The position numbers were made by a program, and so were the translations under genes. From assembly GCA_046259385.1 (NCBI GenBank), contig JBJYWI010000006.1, positions 25,617 to 89,616 on the forward strand: a stretch of DNA of 64,000 bases. Reading direction: 5' to 3'. The DNA comes from Anaerolineales bacterium (GTDB taxonomy: Bacteria; Chloroflexota; Anaerolineae; Anaerolineales; UBA4823). Below the pieces are notes generated by a model that made no database searches, was not told the DNA's origin, and worked only from the letters and a program-made list of their open reading frames with translations. Of this stretch, positions 8,013-19,408 are shown piece after piece; the first letter of the stretch is position 1; each line of letters begins with the position of its first letter.

Positions 8013-8603
8013 CTATGTGGAAAATGCTGGATTACAGTGTATCCTCAGTCCCTGCTCCAGCAGTGATATCACCTCTTGGTGGGTGTTGCGCAACCTTTCT
8101 GCGATCATTTCAGCCAGTCTTTCAATAATAACTTTACCTGTTTCTGGATTGGTCACACAGAAATCATGCAAACTGCTGCTGTCCACCTGCAGCAGTTCAC
8201 AACCTGTCCCACAAATTGCGGTAGAGGAAAATGTATGGTTGCCCAGCACAGCTGACCACCCGACGATTCCTTCCCCGCGAATCCTGGTTATATTGATTTC
8301 CGGACCGTCTTCGGGCTTATACCTAATTTCGACCTCCCCGTCCACCAGGATATAGAAATGATCAGCATATGCACCCTGACTGAAAAGAATCGAGCCCTCT
8401 CCCTCCTGACACGGCACAAATAGCATCTGCATTCTTTCCATCTGTGCGCTGTCGAACCCATCAAATAAATCGAGATGATTGATTGTATATCTTGACATTT
8501 CAGAAATTCCTGTTGCAGATAATGAAATTGTACCGATCCGGTTTGATTCGACCATATACCAATCTTCCTCATCGGCCGGACGAAAATCACTCTGATCAAG
8601 CAA
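8013..8603 (-). CDS. Cyclic nucleotide-binding domain protein
   Basis: LFSQGAYADHFYILVDGEVEI...RGEGIVGWSAVLG has a cNMP-binding beta-barrel pattern. 196 aa. Confidence 0.7.
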   Translation of the reverse strand: MLDQSDFRPADEEDWYMVESNRIGTISLSATGISEMSRYTINHLDLFDGFDSAQMERMQMLFVPCQEGEGSILFSQGAYADHFYILVDGEVEIRYKPEDGPEINITRIRGEGIVGWSAVLGNHTFSSTAICGTGCELLQVDSSSLHDFCVTNPETGKVIIERLAEMIAERLRNTHQEVISLLEQGLRIHCNPAFST

Positions 8604-8642
8604 TTTATCAAGCAGTTAGTATGAAACAGGGCACATGACAGA

Positions 8643-8670
8643 ACACACCGCTGAAATACCAGCGGTGTGT
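8643..8670 (-). terminator. Strong hairpin downstream of etfA (no clear U-tract)
   Basis: 11-bp perfect stem ACACACCGCTG(8643-8653)/CAGCGGTGTGT(8660-8670) with a 6-nt loop. It lies between etfA and the cNMP-binding gene. Confidence 0.4.
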
Positions 8671-8701
8671 CAGATATATTCAAATAAGGGTCACAGTGAA
8701 G

Positions 8702-9742
8702 TTAATTCAATTTTTGGCGAAAGGATTCGGTCAACGCCGGCACAATATCAAAAATATCCCCGACCACGCCAAACCTTGCCAGCTTGAAAATAGGAGCGTC
8801 TGGATCTTTGTTGATCGCAACAATCATTTTACTGGTGCGCATCCCAGCCTGGTGCTGGATCGCACCAGAAATCCCGCAGGCGATATACAAATCTGGAGAC
8901 ACTACCTTTCCGGTTTGACCGACCTGATGCTCATAAGGAATATAGCCCGCGTCTACCGCAGCACGGCTGGCGCCCAGCGCGCCTCCGAGTACTTTTGCCA
9001 ACTCTTCGAGCATCGCAAACCCCTGCTGAGCACGCCAGTTTTCAGCCTGCTTGTCATCCATTCCTTCCGGAGGCGTCATCGAAGGGTTATTGGACACCCC
9101 GCGCCCGCCAGAAACAATAATGTTGGCATCCACCAGACTGACGCCCGCTTCGCCCTCGCTGTAGCCAACGACCTTTGTACGGATATTTTCCTCTGAGAAT
9201 TCGATTTCAACTTTTGTGGGCTCTCCATCCTTAGAATCGTCTAATTCAGGGGGGGCAAAAGCTCGGGCGCGCGCCGTGATAATCTGCGGGCGGGAATCAC
9301 AGTAAGTCTTCGCCAACAACTTTCCGGCGTACACCGGTCTTGTCGCTATCACCTTCCCCTCCTGAATTTCTAAGTCAATCACATCTGGCATAATCCCGCT
9401 TTCCAGGTCAATTGCTGCCATTGCTGCAAGCTCGCGGCCGCATGAGGTAGTTGGAAAAAGGATGATTTCCGGTTCAATTTCCCGGGCTGTTCTGGCGACC
9501 AGATCAGCATATGGTTCCGGGCGGTATTCATCCAGAACCGGGTCGTCGCAGTAATAAGCTTCATCTGCGCCATACTTAAATACAGTCCTGGATACCTCTT
9601 TTGATTTTTCGCCCGCAACTAAAGCAGCGATCCCTCCTGAAAAGCCTTCTTCAAGCTGTTTTGCCGCGCCAATCAGTTCCCACGAAGTCGGAATCGTCTG
9701 GCCTTTATTCTGATCAATGAAAACAAGTATTTTCCCGCTCAT
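8702..9742 (-). CDS. etfA: Electron transfer flavoprotein subunit alpha
   Basis: 346 aa. The C-terminal FAD-binding pattern is SRAAVDAGYIPYEHQVGQTGKVVSPDLYIACGISGAIQH. Confidence 0.9.
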   Translation of the reverse strand: MSGKILVFIDQNKGQTIPTSWELIGAAKQLEEGFSGGIAALVAGEKSKEVSRTVFKYGADEAYYCDDPVLDEYRPEPYADLVARTAREIEPEIILFPTTSCGRELAAMAAIDLESGIMPDVIDLEIQEGKVIATRPVYAGKLLAKTYCDSRPQIITARARAFAPPELDDSKDGEPTKVEIEFSEENIRTKVVGYSEGEAGVSLVDANIIVSGGRGVSNNPSMTPPEGMDDKQAENWRAQQGFAMLEELAKVLGGALGASRAAVDAGYIPYEHQVGQTGKVVSPDLYIACGISGAIQHQAGMRTSKMIVAINKDPDAPIFKLARFGVVGDIFDIVPALTESFRQKLN

Positions 9743-10521
9743 TAAAGCACCTTCTCGTCCAGAATCTTGTCAACAAGCATATCCGCAATCTCCTGCGGAT
9801 TTTCACCCGATATCATTTCATTTGTAATCTCCCTCGAGGGGGGATTCTCAACCTCTGGCCAGTGTACTACCGGGGCAGGCACCTCCATATCCAGGTCTTC
9901 CAGCGTCCAAACCGGGATTTCCGCCTTCGCAGCTTTCCTGATTCCCATAAACGATGGGTAGCGCGGCTCGGCGATGTCCTTGGACACAGTGATCACAACG
10001 GGCAGCGCACCTTCCACGATCTGGCGGCCATTCTCAACAGAGCGTTCTACCACGATCTTTCCTATTCCAGGATTTGTCTCCCTGACTGCCGATACAAGGG
10101 AAATCACAGGCCAACCCAGTACCCGGGCGGTCTGGGGAGCGGTGACTCCCATATCGCTGTCAATCGCCTGTTTCCCGAACACTGCCAGATCAACATTCCC
10201 TATCTTCTGGATCGCTCCTGCCAGTACTCGGGAGATCGCCTGGCTGTCGGCGTTCGCCAGTACTTGATCAGATATCAGGTAAGCCTGGTTGCAGCCCATC
10301 GCCAGGGCAGATTTTAAGGCCTCCGTTGCGGAAGGGCCTCCCACGCTGATTACAATAACCTGGCCTCCGTGCTGCTCCTGCTGCAGCAGTGCGGTCTCCA
10401 CTGCGTACTCGTCCCAGGGGTTCATCACCAAAGGTGCCTCCCCCCAGTACGCTTTTCCACCTTCTGCGACCACCTTTGCAGCGCTGTCAGGCACCTGCTT
10501 AATGCATACGACGATGTTCAA
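9742..10521 (-). CDS. etfB: Electron transfer flavoprotein subunit beta
   Basis: MNIVVCIKQVPD... is a typical EtfB N-terminus. The gene abuts etfA. Confidence 0.9.
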   Translation of the reverse strand: MNIVVCIKQVPDSAAKVVAEGGKAYWGEAPLVMNPWDEYAVETALLQQEQHGGQVIVISVGGPSATEALKSALAMGCNQAYLISDQVLANADSQAISRVLAGAIQKIGNVDLAVFGKQAIDSDMGVTAPQTARVLGWPVISLVSAVRETNPGIGKIVVERSVENGRQIVEGALPVVITVSKDIAEPRYPSFMGIRKAAKAEIPVWTLEDLDMEVPAPVVHWPEVENPPSREITNEMISGENPQEIADMLVDKILDEKVL

Positions 10522-10563
10522 TTTAACCTCCTGCAGTTTTTATCCTGAAATTTATTTATCAAA

Positions 10564-11787
10564 CTATACAATTTCCTGCCAGTATGAAGGATCATACCTG
10601 GGAAGCTCTTTTCTCAAAACGGCATCGTCCCGATATCCGAGGGCAAAGCCAGCCTGGATTAACTGGTGAATCTCATTCGACCCCTCATAAATAACTGCGC
10701 CTTTTGAATTGCGCAGGTAGCGTTCCACATCATATTCGTCGCTGTAACCGTATGCACCATGAACCTGGATCGCCTCCGAAGCTGCCTCAAACGACTTCTC
10801 CGTCGCAAACCATTTCGCAAGCGAAGTCTCGCGCGTATTGCGTAAGCCCTGATTCTTCATCCAGCCTGCTTGCAGATACAGCAACCTGGCTGCTTCGTAG
10901 GATTGTACCATGCGGGCAATTTTCTGCTGGATCAGCTGTAACTTGCCAATTTTGCGCCCGAAGGCGCGCCTTTCATTTGCGTATTTGATGCTTGCTTCAA
11001 GGCAGGCCCGGATGAGACCGGCTGCGCCGGCTGCAACCGTGTAGCGACCGTTGTCTAGGCAGGACATAGCGATTCTGAAACCCTCGCCCTCCTCCCCGAT
11101 CCGGTTGTCCTCAGGAATGCGCACATCCTGGGCTGCTATCCATCCGGTGGAGCCCGCCCGGACACCTAATTTGTTTTTAATATCCCCTGTTGTAACACCA
11201 GGGCGGTCAAGCTCTATCAGGAATGCGGACAAACCATCGTGCGGATCATCAACTTCGCTGTCTGTCCTTGCGACCCACAGGCAGTAATCAGCCTTGGTTG
11301 CCAGCGAAATCCACATCTTCTCGCCGTTGATCACATAATTGTCCCTGTCCAGCCTGGCTGTACTGGCAATCCCGGCGACATCCGAACCTGCTCCTGGCTC
11401 CGTCAGCCCAAAACAACCAATTTTATCGCCGCGCGCCAGCGGGGTGAGAAAATGCTTTTTCTGCTCCTCCGTGCCCCACTGCAGCAGACCCATGCTGTTT
11501 AATCCCATGTGAACTGACATCACCACCCTCAGGGTCGAATCAACCGCTTCCAGTTCCTCACAGACAATTCCCAGGGAGATGTAATCCATACCCTGACCGC
11601 CGTACCTGGCTGGGATGCAAACACCCAGAATTCCAAGCTCTCCCATACGCGGCAGAATGAATGGAGCCATCTCCTGGGCGCGGTCGTGTTCTTTAATCAC
11701 CGGCGCGACCTCCTTCTTGGCGAAATCGCGCACCATTTTCTGCACCATTCGATGCTCTTCACTCAGACTAAAATCCATTTTCTTCAA
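10564..11787 (-). CDS. Acyl-CoA dehydrogenase (short/medium-chain type)
   Basis: 407 aa. GCFGLTEPGAGSD, the C-terminal YEGSNEIHQL pattern, and adjacency to etfBA. Confidence 0.9.
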   Translation of the reverse strand: MKKMDFSLSEEHRMVQKMVRDFAKKEVAPVIKEHDRAQEMAPFILPRMGELGILGVCIPARYGGQGMDYISLGIVCEELEAVDSTLRVVMSVHMGLNSMGLLQWGTEEQKKHFLTPLARGDKIGCFGLTEPGAGSDVAGIASTARLDRDNYVINGEKMWISLATKADYCLWVARTDSEVDDPHDGLSAFLIELDRPGVTTGDIKNKLGVRAGSTGWIAAQDVRIPEDNRIGEEGEGFRIAMSCLDNGRYTVAAGAAGLIRACLEASIKYANERRAFGRKIGKLQLIQQKIARMVQSYEAARLLYLQAGWMKNQGLRNTRETSLAKWFATEKSFEAASEAIQVHGAYGYSDEYDVERYLRNSKGAVIYEGSNEIHQLIQAGFALGYRDDAVLRKELPRYDPSYWQEIV

Positions 11788-11934
11788 CTCCTATTGATTA
11801 TTAAGAATAGTAATTATAGCCCCGGAGAAGATTCAAGGCAATAAATCCTGGTCGGCTGGTAAAATCTTATTCTGAGTATGTTCATTCAAAAAGCTATATA
11901 ATATATCGATTTTAAAAAGAAAGGCGAAATAAAA

Positions 11935-13143
11935 ATGGATAAACATCAAATGATCAACGAAATGGCTGTCGATAACGGTTCAAAGATTCTCCTGCTGTTA
12001 ATGGATGGTCTGGGAGGCGTGCCGCTGGAACCGGGCGGATTGACAGAACTCGAGGCCGCCCACACACCCAATATGGATGCTCTCAGCGGTCGCGCTTCAA
12101 TGGGGCTGAGCGAAGTCGTCGCTCCCGGGTTCAGTCCCGGCAGCGGTCCCGGACATCTAGCGCTTTTTGGTTATGAACCGCTCCACTACATAATAGGCAG
12201 GGGCGTTCTCGAAGCGCTGGGAATCGGTTTTGAACTCAACCCGCAGGATGTGGCAATTCGCTGCAATTTCTGCACCCTGGACGCTGACGGTAATATCAGC
12301 GACCGCCGTGCCGGCAGGATTCCCACCGAAGAATGTATAAAGAGAGTGGAAATTCTGCGCAGAATAAAAATACCCGGGGTTGAGATTTTCGTGGAACCGG
12401 TAAAAGAGTACCGCTTTGCCCTCATCCTACGTGGAGATGGTTTGGATCCCCGTATTCAGGAGACTGACCCGCAGATGACCGGGGTGCCGCCCCGCATGAT
12501 TGAGGCGATTGATCCTGCGGCAGAAAAAACAGCCGGGATCCTGCGCCAGTGGTGGGATGAAGCTAACGCGCTGCTCGCCGAGCACCCGCCGGCAAACAGC
12601 TGTACCATGCGGGGTTATGCCAAGGACCCCGGCTTGCCGCGCTTTCCAGAGGTTTACAGGATAAAATCAGCTGCAGTAGCGGTTTACCCGATGTATAAAG
12701 GCGTGTCCAGGCTGGTGGGCATGGACGTTATCGAGCACGATGCGGAAACGCCCGCCCAGGAATTTGAAGTAGTTAAAAAGTATTGGAACGATTACGATTT
12801 CTTCTTCGTACATGTTAAAAAGACTGACAGTTACGGTGAGGATGGGAATTTTGACGCCAAAGTCGGAGTAATTGAAGATGTGGATAGGGCGCTTCCAATG
12901 CTGCTGGAACTGAATCCGGATGTTATCGTGATTACCGGGGACCATTCAACTCCATCCCTGATGAAACGCCACAGCTGGCACCGTGTACCGGTTCTGATCT
13001 GGGCTGAATGGGCGCGCTACGGAAAATCGCTGCCCTTTGGAGAGACCAACTGCGCGACCGGAAGCCTGGGATTAATCCGCCATGTTGACATCATGCCGCT
13101 CGCCCTGGCGCACGCAAAACGGCTCGGAAAATTTGGCGCATAA
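11935..13143 (+). CDS. apgM: Cofactor-independent phosphoglycerate mutase, archaeal type
   Basis: KILLLLMDGLGG, the TGDHSTP motif, 402 aa. Confidence 0.85.
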   Translation: MDKHQMINEMAVDNGSKILLLLMDGLGGVPLEPGGLTELEAAHTPNMDALSGRASMGLSEVVAPGFSPGSGPGHLALFGYEPLHYIIGRGVLEALGIGFELNPQDVAIRCNFCTLDADGNISDRRAGRIPTEECIKRVEILRRIKIPGVEIFVEPVKEYRFALILRGDGLDPRIQETDPQMTGVPPRMIEAIDPAAEKTAGILRQWWDEANALLAEHPPANSCTMRGYAKDPGLPRFPEVYRIKSAAVAVYPMYKGVSRLVGMDVIEHDAETPAQEFEVVKKYWNDYDFFFVHVKKTDSYGEDGNFDAKVGVIEDVDRALPMLLELNPDVIVITGDHSTPSLMKRHSWHRVPVLIWAEWARYGKSLPFGETNCATGSLGLIRHVDIMPLALAHAKRLGKFGA

Positions 13144-13150
13144 ACCAGGA

Positions 13151-13819
13151 GTGGATTCCGGATTGACTTTCAGAAATTACTTCCACCTGCTGGCTGTTGT
13201 CACCGCAGCAGCTGTTGCGACTATATCCTGCAAATTCCTTGTCCCGGAAGAGCCGCCTGTTCAGGCAGGGGCGATTCTGTTTCAGGATGATTTCAGCGAC
13301 CCGCAAAGCGGGTGGAACCGGGTTTCAACCGATACCGGGGAGACGGATTATGACGACGGCGTATACCGGATTCTGGTTAACGAATCCAACACCGATATCT
13401 GGTCCAAGCCCGGTCAGAGCTTTGAAGATGCTGTTATTGAAGTGGATGCTTTTAAGGTGGGCGGGGTTCGTGACAATCGGTTTGGGGTGATCTGCCGGGC
13501 AACCAGCGATGACACCTTCTACACCTTTATCATCAGCAGTGACGGTTACTACGGTATCGGCAAGGTCAAGGGGGAATTCTATGAGCTGATAGGGACGGAT
13601 GCGCTTCTACCAAGCGAAGAAATCGAGCAGGGTTCAGCTATTAACAGAATCAGAGCCGAATGTATCGGAGACCGGCTTTCTCTATTTGTTAACGGAGTGA
13701 AAATTGACGAGGTCAAAGACACCGAACTGGTCTCGGGTGATGTTGGATTGATCGCTGGTACTTATAATGAGCCCGGCACAGACATCCGCTTCGACAATTT
13801 TATCGTTCGGCAGCCGTAA
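13151..13819 (+). CDS. Secreted or anchored hypothetical protein with a jelly-roll (LamG/ConA-like) appearance
   Basis: Hydrophobic N-terminal segment LLAVVTAAAVATISC, then a beta-rich domain. The ORF track start (13082) overlaps apgM. GTG 13151 or TTG 13163 after AGGAG (13147-13151) is more likely. No family was recognised with certainty. Confidence 0.5.
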   Translation: MDSGLTFRNYFHLLAVVTAAAVATISCKFLVPEEPPVQAGAILFQDDFSDPQSGWNRVSTDTGETDYDDGVYRILVNESNTDIWSKPGQSFEDAVIEVDAFKVGGVRDNRFGVICRATSDDTFYTFIISSDGYYGIGKVKGEFYELIGTDALLPSEEIEQGSAINRIRAECIGDRLSLFVNGVKIDEVKDTELVSGDVGLIAGTYNEPGTDIRFDNFIVRQP

Positions 13820-13897
13820 AAAAATGCGCTTCCATCTTGAAACCGTTTTAAATGTTGTTGGCGATCTAACTGATTTATTTCAATCCGTAAAAATTAT

Positions 13898-15274
13898 ATG
13901 AAGATTTATCTGGATATGGTCGGGTGCAGGCTGAATCAGGCGGAAATTGAGGCATATGCGCGCCAGCTTGTTTCCCTGGGTCATACCCTGGTTGCGCTGC
14001 CAGAAGATGCTGATATGGCAATTTTAAATTCATGCAGCGTCACCTCCGCTGCAGCCTCCGATTCGCGTCAGAAAGCGCGCCAGCTCTGGCGCGAAGGAGT
14101 AGCTGAAATCATTCTGACCGGTTGCTGGGCGACTTTGAACCCGGTATCCGCCAGGGAGCTTCCCGGAGTTCACCGGATTATCCCTAACGACCGCAAAGAC
14201 AATCTCGTAAGGGAATTGTTTTCCCTGCCAAATGAAGATTTTGATACCGAACCAACCGAACGCCAGCCTGTCCCGGGAGGGCGCCTGCGCACGCGCTCCT
14301 TCATAAAAGTACAGGATGGCTGCAACAATCGCTGCGCATTCTGCATTACTACAATAGCCCGCGGCAGGGGACGCAGCCGTCCTCTGCCGGAGGTTATCGC
14401 CGACATCCAGGCTGTCTGCAGTCCCCAGAGCACTCTCGCCGCAAAGGAGATTGTGCTGACCGGAGTTCACATGGGTTCATGGGGTAAAGATCTATCTCCG
14501 GCTTTAAACCTGGCAGCCCTCGTTCGGGCAGTCTTGAATGATACCGATGCCGAGAGGGTACGGCTGTCCTCAATCGAGCCCTGGCATCTGGACGAAAACT
14601 TCTTCAGGCTGTGGGATAATCCACGCTTGTGCCGCCAACTTCACCTCCCCCTTCAATCCGGCAGCGCGGCTGTCCTCAAACGGATGGCACGAAACGTTAC
14701 TCCCGGCGAATATGCGGATCTGCTGAACACAGCACGTGAAATGATCCCCAGTGTCGCGGTTACCACCGACATCATTGCTGGATTTCCGGGTGAGAGCGCG
14801 GCCGAATTCTCCGAAAGCCTGCGCTTTGTAGAAGAGATGAAGTTTGCGGATGGCCACGTCTTCACCTTCTCCCCTAGAAAGGGAACCCCAGCCGCCCGCA
14901 TGCCGGACCAGGTCCCAATGCAAACCCGCAAAGAAAGAAATGCACGCATCCGGGCAGTATTCGAAAAATCCAGCGCAAATTATCGCCAGGGATTCCTTGG
15001 CCAGACGCTTCAAGTTCTCTGGGAAAGCGCGCTGGAGCACGGCCCGAATGGATGGAAGTTAACCGGACTTACGGATAATTACCTGCGCGTGTTTGCCTAT
15101 GCTCCCTGCGATTTGTGGAACCAGATCACACCGGTTCTGATAAGCGCGCCTGAAGGGCGCGGCTTGAGCGGGGAAATTAAACCCGGATGGAAAGCGGCTA
15201 GCGCGGGAGACCAATCTATTGTCAAGCAGGATCAGTTGAAGGTCCAATTAGGTTTGGGTTGGGGATATGAATAA
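13898..15274 (+). CDS. mtaB: Radical-SAM methylthiotransferase, MtaB-like (MiaB/RimO family)
   Basis: N-terminal UPF0004 Cys triad context (GCRLNQ, NSCSVT), radical SAM CNNRCAFC, and a TRAM-like C-terminus. Confidence 0.8.
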   Translation: MKIYLDMVGCRLNQAEIEAYARQLVSLGHTLVALPEDADMAILNSCSVTSAAASDSRQKARQLWREGVAEIILTGCWATLNPVSARELPGVHRIIPNDRKDNLVRELFSLPNEDFDTEPTERQPVPGGRLRTRSFIKVQDGCNNRCAFCITTIARGRGRSRPLPEVIADIQAVCSPQSTLAAKEIVLTGVHMGSWGKDLSPALNLAALVRAVLNDTDAERVRLSSIEPWHLDENFFRLWDNPRLCRQLHLPLQSGSAAVLKRMARNVTPGEYADLLNTAREMIPSVAVTTDIIAGFPGESAAEFSESLRFVEEMKFADGHVFTFSPRKGTPAARMPDQVPMQTRKERNARIRAVFEKSSANYRQGFLGQTLQVLWESALEHGPNGWKLTGLTDNYLRVFAYAPCDLWNQITPVLISAPEGRGLSGEIKPGWKAASAGDQSIVKQDQLKVQLGLGWGYE

Positions 15275-15611
15275 ATGCACTTTCTGCAGAATCATCGCCG
15301 GTGAACTTCCAGGGCGGATTGTCTACCAGGACAGGGAAACGACCGCATTCCGTGATATTAACCCTGTCGCCCCAACCCACATCCTGATCGTACCGAATAA
15401 ACACATCGACTCGATAAACAAAATTTCCTCCCGGGATGAGAGGCTGGTCGGTCATCTCTTCACCGTCGCCGGTGAACTTGCCGCGCAAGAGGGGGTAGCA
15501 GAGACTGGATACCGTCTTATTATCAACACCGGCCGGGATGCAAACCAGACAATTTTCCACCTTCACCTGCATTTGATCGGCGGGCAGCCGGTGCGCTACC
15601 CGATGGGATGA
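15267..15611 (+). CDS. HIT-family (histidine triad) nucleotide hydrolase
   Basis: CTFCRIIAGE...HLHLHLIGG. Overlaps neighbours on both sides. Confidence 0.85.
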   Translation: MNKCTFCRIIAGELPGRIVYQDRETTAFRDINPVAPTHILIVPNKHIDSINKISSRDERLVGHLFTVAGELAAQEGVAETGYRLIINTGRDANQTIFHLHLHLIGGQPVRYPMG

Positions 15612-16414
15612 GGTTTTCGCAACAAGAAATGATTACCTCTCCCCAGAACAAGAAGATAAAGTGGGTCCGGTCGCTGCAGTCGGACAGCCGCGCCCGCCGT
15701 GAATCGCGCGCCTGCGTTGTAGAAGGTGTTCGCATGGCGGAAGAAGTGATCTCCTGCGGAATCCGCCCGCTGCTTGCGCTGCACACTTCCGAGCTCACTT
15801 CCCGGGCAGAATCAGCACTTGATACGCTGGCTGGCGCGGGCACTGAAATCGAGGCAGTCTCTCCAAGGATAATGCTGGCTGCCAGCGATACCCAGACCCC
15901 CCAGGGCTTGCTGCTTGTTTTGCCCATTCAGCCGCCCACGCTTGCTGAGGAATTGAGTTTTATCCTGATTCTGGATGGCGTCAGAGACCCGGGCAATCTC
16001 GGCACGATTCTGCGCACTGCTGCGGCGGCAGGTACTGAGGCTGTATTTATCACCCCCGGGTCAGCTGATCCATACGCGCCGAAAGTTCTCAGAGCCGGAA
16101 TGGGCGCTCATTTCCGTCTTCATGTCGCCTGCCTGGATTGGGCTGAAATTATGAAAAAGACAGCCCGGCTCAAACCAGTGCTTGCCTCACCTCACGCAGG
16201 GAAACCGTATTACCGCTTAAATCTGGCGGTACCCCTGGCTTTAATCATCGGTGGAGAGGCTGATGGAGCCGGTAGCCAAGCCCGTAATTATGCCTATGAA
16301 CGTGTACATATTCCGATGGCGGGAGAGATGGAATCGCTTAATGCTGCCGCTGCTGCTGCGGTCCTAATATTTGAGGTAATTCGCCAGAGGGGATCGAAAA
16401 GTCAAAAGAAATAA
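15608..16414 (+). CDS. TrmH/SpoU-family RNA 2'-O-methyltransferase
   Basis: LDGVRDPGNLGTILRTAAAAG and the C-terminal ESLNAAAAAAV motif. Confidence 0.8.
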   Translation: MRFSQQEMITSPQNKKIKWVRSLQSDSRARRESRACVVEGVRMAEEVISCGIRPLLALHTSELTSRAESALDTLAGAGTEIEAVSPRIMLAASDTQTPQGLLLVLPIQPPTLAEELSFILILDGVRDPGNLGTILRTAAAAGTEAVFITPGSADPYAPKVLRAGMGAHFRLHVACLDWAEIMKKTARLKPVLASPHAGKPYYRLNLAVPLALIIGGEADGAGSQARNYAYERVHIPMAGEMESLNAAAAAAVLIFEVIRQRGSKSQKK

Positions 16415-16432
16415 TCCATTCTTGATCAAGTC

Positions 16433-19408
16433 TTACTTCGCCGGTGTAAAAACTGCATCCTTATCGCAGATAAACGGTCGCAGGTACTGCCCGGTGTAAG
16501 AATCATCCCGTTCGCAGATTTCTTCCGGAGTGCCCTGCGCCACTACCTCTCCGCCCCGGTCGCCTCCTTCCGGTCCAAGATCAATAAGATGGTCAGCAAC
16601 CTTGATGATGTCCAGATTGTGTTCGATAATCAAAACTGTATTGCCGCCTTCAACCAGACGCTGGAGCACCTCGATTAATTTGTGCACATCCGCGGCGTGT
16701 AAACCGACTGACGGCTCGTCCAGCACGTAAAGAGTCCTTCCAGTTGACCGTTTTGAGAGTTCGCGGGCAAGCTTCACCCGCTGGGCTTCGCCGCCGGATA
16801 AAGTTGGGGCGGGCTGTCCGATCCGGATGTACCCGAGACCTACATCCTGCAGGGTCTGCAGCCGGTTGACCATCTTGGGAAAAGCTTCAAATACCTCCAG
16901 GGCTCTGTCCACGGTCATGTCCAGCACCTCGGCAATATTAAAATCCTTAAACCTGACCTGCAGCGTTTCACGGTTGAAGCGTGCCCTGTTACACACATCG
17001 CAGGGGACATATACATCCGGCAGGAACTGCATCTCAATTCGCAATTGACCCTGACCCTGGCAAGCTTCGCAGCGCCCGCCGTGTACATTGAATGAAAACC
17101 GACCCGGTTTATACCCCCTGATCTTGCTCTCCGGCAGCTCTGCGAACAAGCTGCGCACATGGTCAAACAAACCGGTATACGTGCCGGGATTGGAGCGCGG
17201 CGTGCGCCCGATCGGCGTCTGATCGATGTTGATCACTTTATCCAGATATTCCAAGCCCTCAATTGAATCATGCTCACCGGGCTGGATTTTCGCCCGGTTA
17301 AGTGCCCGCGCCAGGGCTTTGTACAGAATCTCAACCATCAGTGTTGACTTGCCCGAACCGGACACCCCCGTTATACAAACCAGCTTTCCGAGCGGGATAT
17401 CCACATCGATATTTTTTAAATTGTTCTGGCGCGCCCCGATAATGCTGATTTTGTTTCCATTTCCGCCTCTCCGTTCAGATGGAATTGGTACTTTCAATTT
17501 GCCGGTTAGGTACGCGCCGGTAAGTGATTCTTCACATGCTAGAATGGCATCCAGCGCGCCCTCGCAGACCACTTCCCCTCCGTGTTCTCCCGCCCGGGGA
17601 CCCAAGTCAACAACCCAATCAGAGGTGCGGATTGTATCTGAATCGTGTTCGACAACCAGGACCGTGTTTCCCAGGTCGCGCAAACCCTCCAGGGTGCCCA
17701 GCAAGCGCTTATTATCCCTCGGGTGCAGTCCGATCGACGGCTCGTCCAGCACATACAGCACCCCCATCAACCTTGAACCAATCTGTGTCGCAAGGCGAAT
17801 GCGCTGCGCCTCGCCCCCGGAGAGAGATCCAGCCGTGCGGTCGAGGGTAAGGTAATCCAATCCCACATCAACCAGGAAACCCAGCCTGTCCTGGATCTCC
17901 TTCAGAACCCGCTCCGCGATCAACCGCTGGCGAGCATTCAGAGACGAATCTTCCCCCCCCAGGTTTTTCGCCCACTCCAGCGTTCGCATGACGGGCCAGT
18001 GCGTCACTTCAATGATATTCCTGTCTGCAACAGTAACCGATAGAGCTTCCCTTCGCAATCGCGAACCATTGCAGCTAGGACATATCTGCTCGCTCATATA
18101 TTCAGAGAGCTTTTCGCGGATATACTCGGAACTGGTCTCTTTATAACGGCGCTGGAGATTGCTGACCACCCCTTCAAAAGTGGTCTGAAAAGTCGCCTGG
18201 CGTCCCTCCCGGTTCCGGTAGTGAACCGTAATTCGTTTTCCCCTTGTGCCGTACAGAACAAGGTCAAGTTCATTCTTTTTTAAATCCCGCACCGGCTTGT
18301 CAAGGTCGATGTCGTATTCATTAGCCATGGCGTTTAAAGTCTGCCAGTAATAACCGCCTTCTTCACGCGGCCCGCTCCACTCAGTCGCTGCAATCGCGCC
18401 TTCCGCAAACGATAGGCTGGTATCCGGGATCAACAGTTCCGGGTCGATTTCAAGCTTGCCCCCCAGTCCCTGGCACTCAGGGCAGGCGCCGTGCGGGGTA
18501 TTGAAAGAGAAGGTGCGGGGTTCGATCTCTGTCAAGATTGACCCATGTTCAGGGCAGGCGAGGTGCTCAGAAAATCCCAGGTCCTTCCCCGAGATTTCGC
18601 TCCTCTCCGGTGTTTCAACACCCTCAGGAGGCATTCCATATAATTGTTCGACGTCATCAGATGGGTTCATCCAGTGGATGGTTACATATCCATCTCCAAA
18701 CTTCAATGCCGTTTCAATCGAATCAGTCAACCGGGACCGTGCAGATGCAGCGTCCTTCTCATCCTCCAGGCGCTGGATGATCAAACGGTCAACCACTGCC
18801 TCAACCGTGTGATTTTTATACCGGTCTAACTCGATGTCTTCATCCAGTTCATACACCTTTCCATCCACCCTTGCCCGCACAAAACCCGATTTCTGGATCT
18901 CCTCCAGCACCGACTTATGGGTACCTTTACGGCCGCGCACCAGCGGGGATAAAATCAACAGGCGGGCGCCTTCTGGAAGGTTTTCAATCCTGTCAACAAT
19001 CTCCTGGGCTGACTGTCTTGTCACAACCCTTCCACAGTCGGGACAGTGTGGGATACCAGCCCGGGCATATAGCAACCGCAGGTAATCATAGACCTCCGTG
19101 ACCGTGCCGACCGTCGAGCGCGGGTTATGAGATGTACCTTTCTGATCGATGGAGACCGCCGGCGACAATCCATCAATATAATCCACATCCGGCTTTTCCA
19201 TCTGACCGAGAAACTGCCGGGCGTAGGCTGATAGGGACTCGACGTAACGCCTCTGACCCTCAGCAAAAATGGTGTCAAAAGCCAGTGAAGATTTTCCAGA
19301 GCCAGAAAGCCCGGTTATAACCACAAACTTATCGCGTGGTATAACCACACTGATGTTTTTTAAATTGTGCTCACGCGCCCCAACTACCCGAATAACTTTT
19401 TCAGACAT
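16433..19408 (-). CDS. uvrA: Excinuclease ABC subunit A
   Basis: 991 aa. [14 protein letters not shown], two ABC modules and zinc-finger Cys clusters. Confidence 0.97.
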   Translation of the reverse strand: MSEKVIRVVGAREHNLKNISVVIPRDKFVVITGLSGSGKSSLAFDTIFAEGQRRYVESLSAYARQFLGQMEKPDVDYIDGLSPAVSIDQKGTSHNPRSTVGTVTEVYDYLRLLYARAGIPHCPDCGRVVTRQSAQEIVDRIENLPEGARLLILSPLVRGRKGTHKSVLEEIQKSGFVRARVDGKVYELDEDIELDRYKNHTVEAVVDRLIIQRLEDEKDAASARSRLTDSIETALKFGDGYVTIHWMNPSDDVEQLYGMPPEGVETPERSEISGKDLGFSEHLACPEHGSILTEIEPRTFSFNTPHGACPECQGLGGKLEIDPELLIPDTSLSFAEGAIAATEWSGPREEGGYYWQTLNAMANEYDIDLDKPVRDLKKNELDLVLYGTRGKRITVHYRNREGRQATFQTTFEGVVSNLQRRYKETSSEYIREKLSEYMSEQICPSCNGSRLRREALSVTVADRNIIEVTHWPVMRTLEWAKNLGGEDSSLNARQRLIAERVLKEIQDRLGFLVDVGLDYLTLDRTAGSLSGGEAQRIRLATQIGSRLMGVLYVLDEPSIGLHPRDNKRLLGTLEGLRDLGNTVLVVEHDSDTIRTSDWVVDLGPRAGEHGGEVVCEGALDAILACEESLTGAYLTGKLKVPIPSERRGGNGNKISIIGARQNNLKNIDVDIPLGKLVCITGVSGSGKSTLMVEILYKALARALNRAKIQPGEHDSIEGLEYLDKVINIDQTPIGRTPRSNPGTYTGLFDHVRSLFAELPESKIRGYKPGRFSFNVHGGRCEACQGQGQLRIEMQFLPDVYVPCDVCNRARFNRETLQVRFKDFNIAEVLDMTVDRALEVFEAFPKMVNRLQTLQDVGLGYIRIGQPAPTLSGGEAQRVKLARELSKRSTGRTLYVLDEPSVGLHAADVHKLIEVLQRLVEGGNTVLIIEHNLDIIKVADHLIDLGPEGGDRGGEVVAQGTPEEICERDDSYTGQYLRPFICDKDAVFTPAK

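Noticed and set aside
17226-17855. 209-aa plus-strand ORF, plus many similar ones across 16.5-19.3 kb
   Set aside because: They are antisense to uvrA. Their Ser/Pro/Arg-rich composition is typical of the reverse strand of GC-rich coding DNA.
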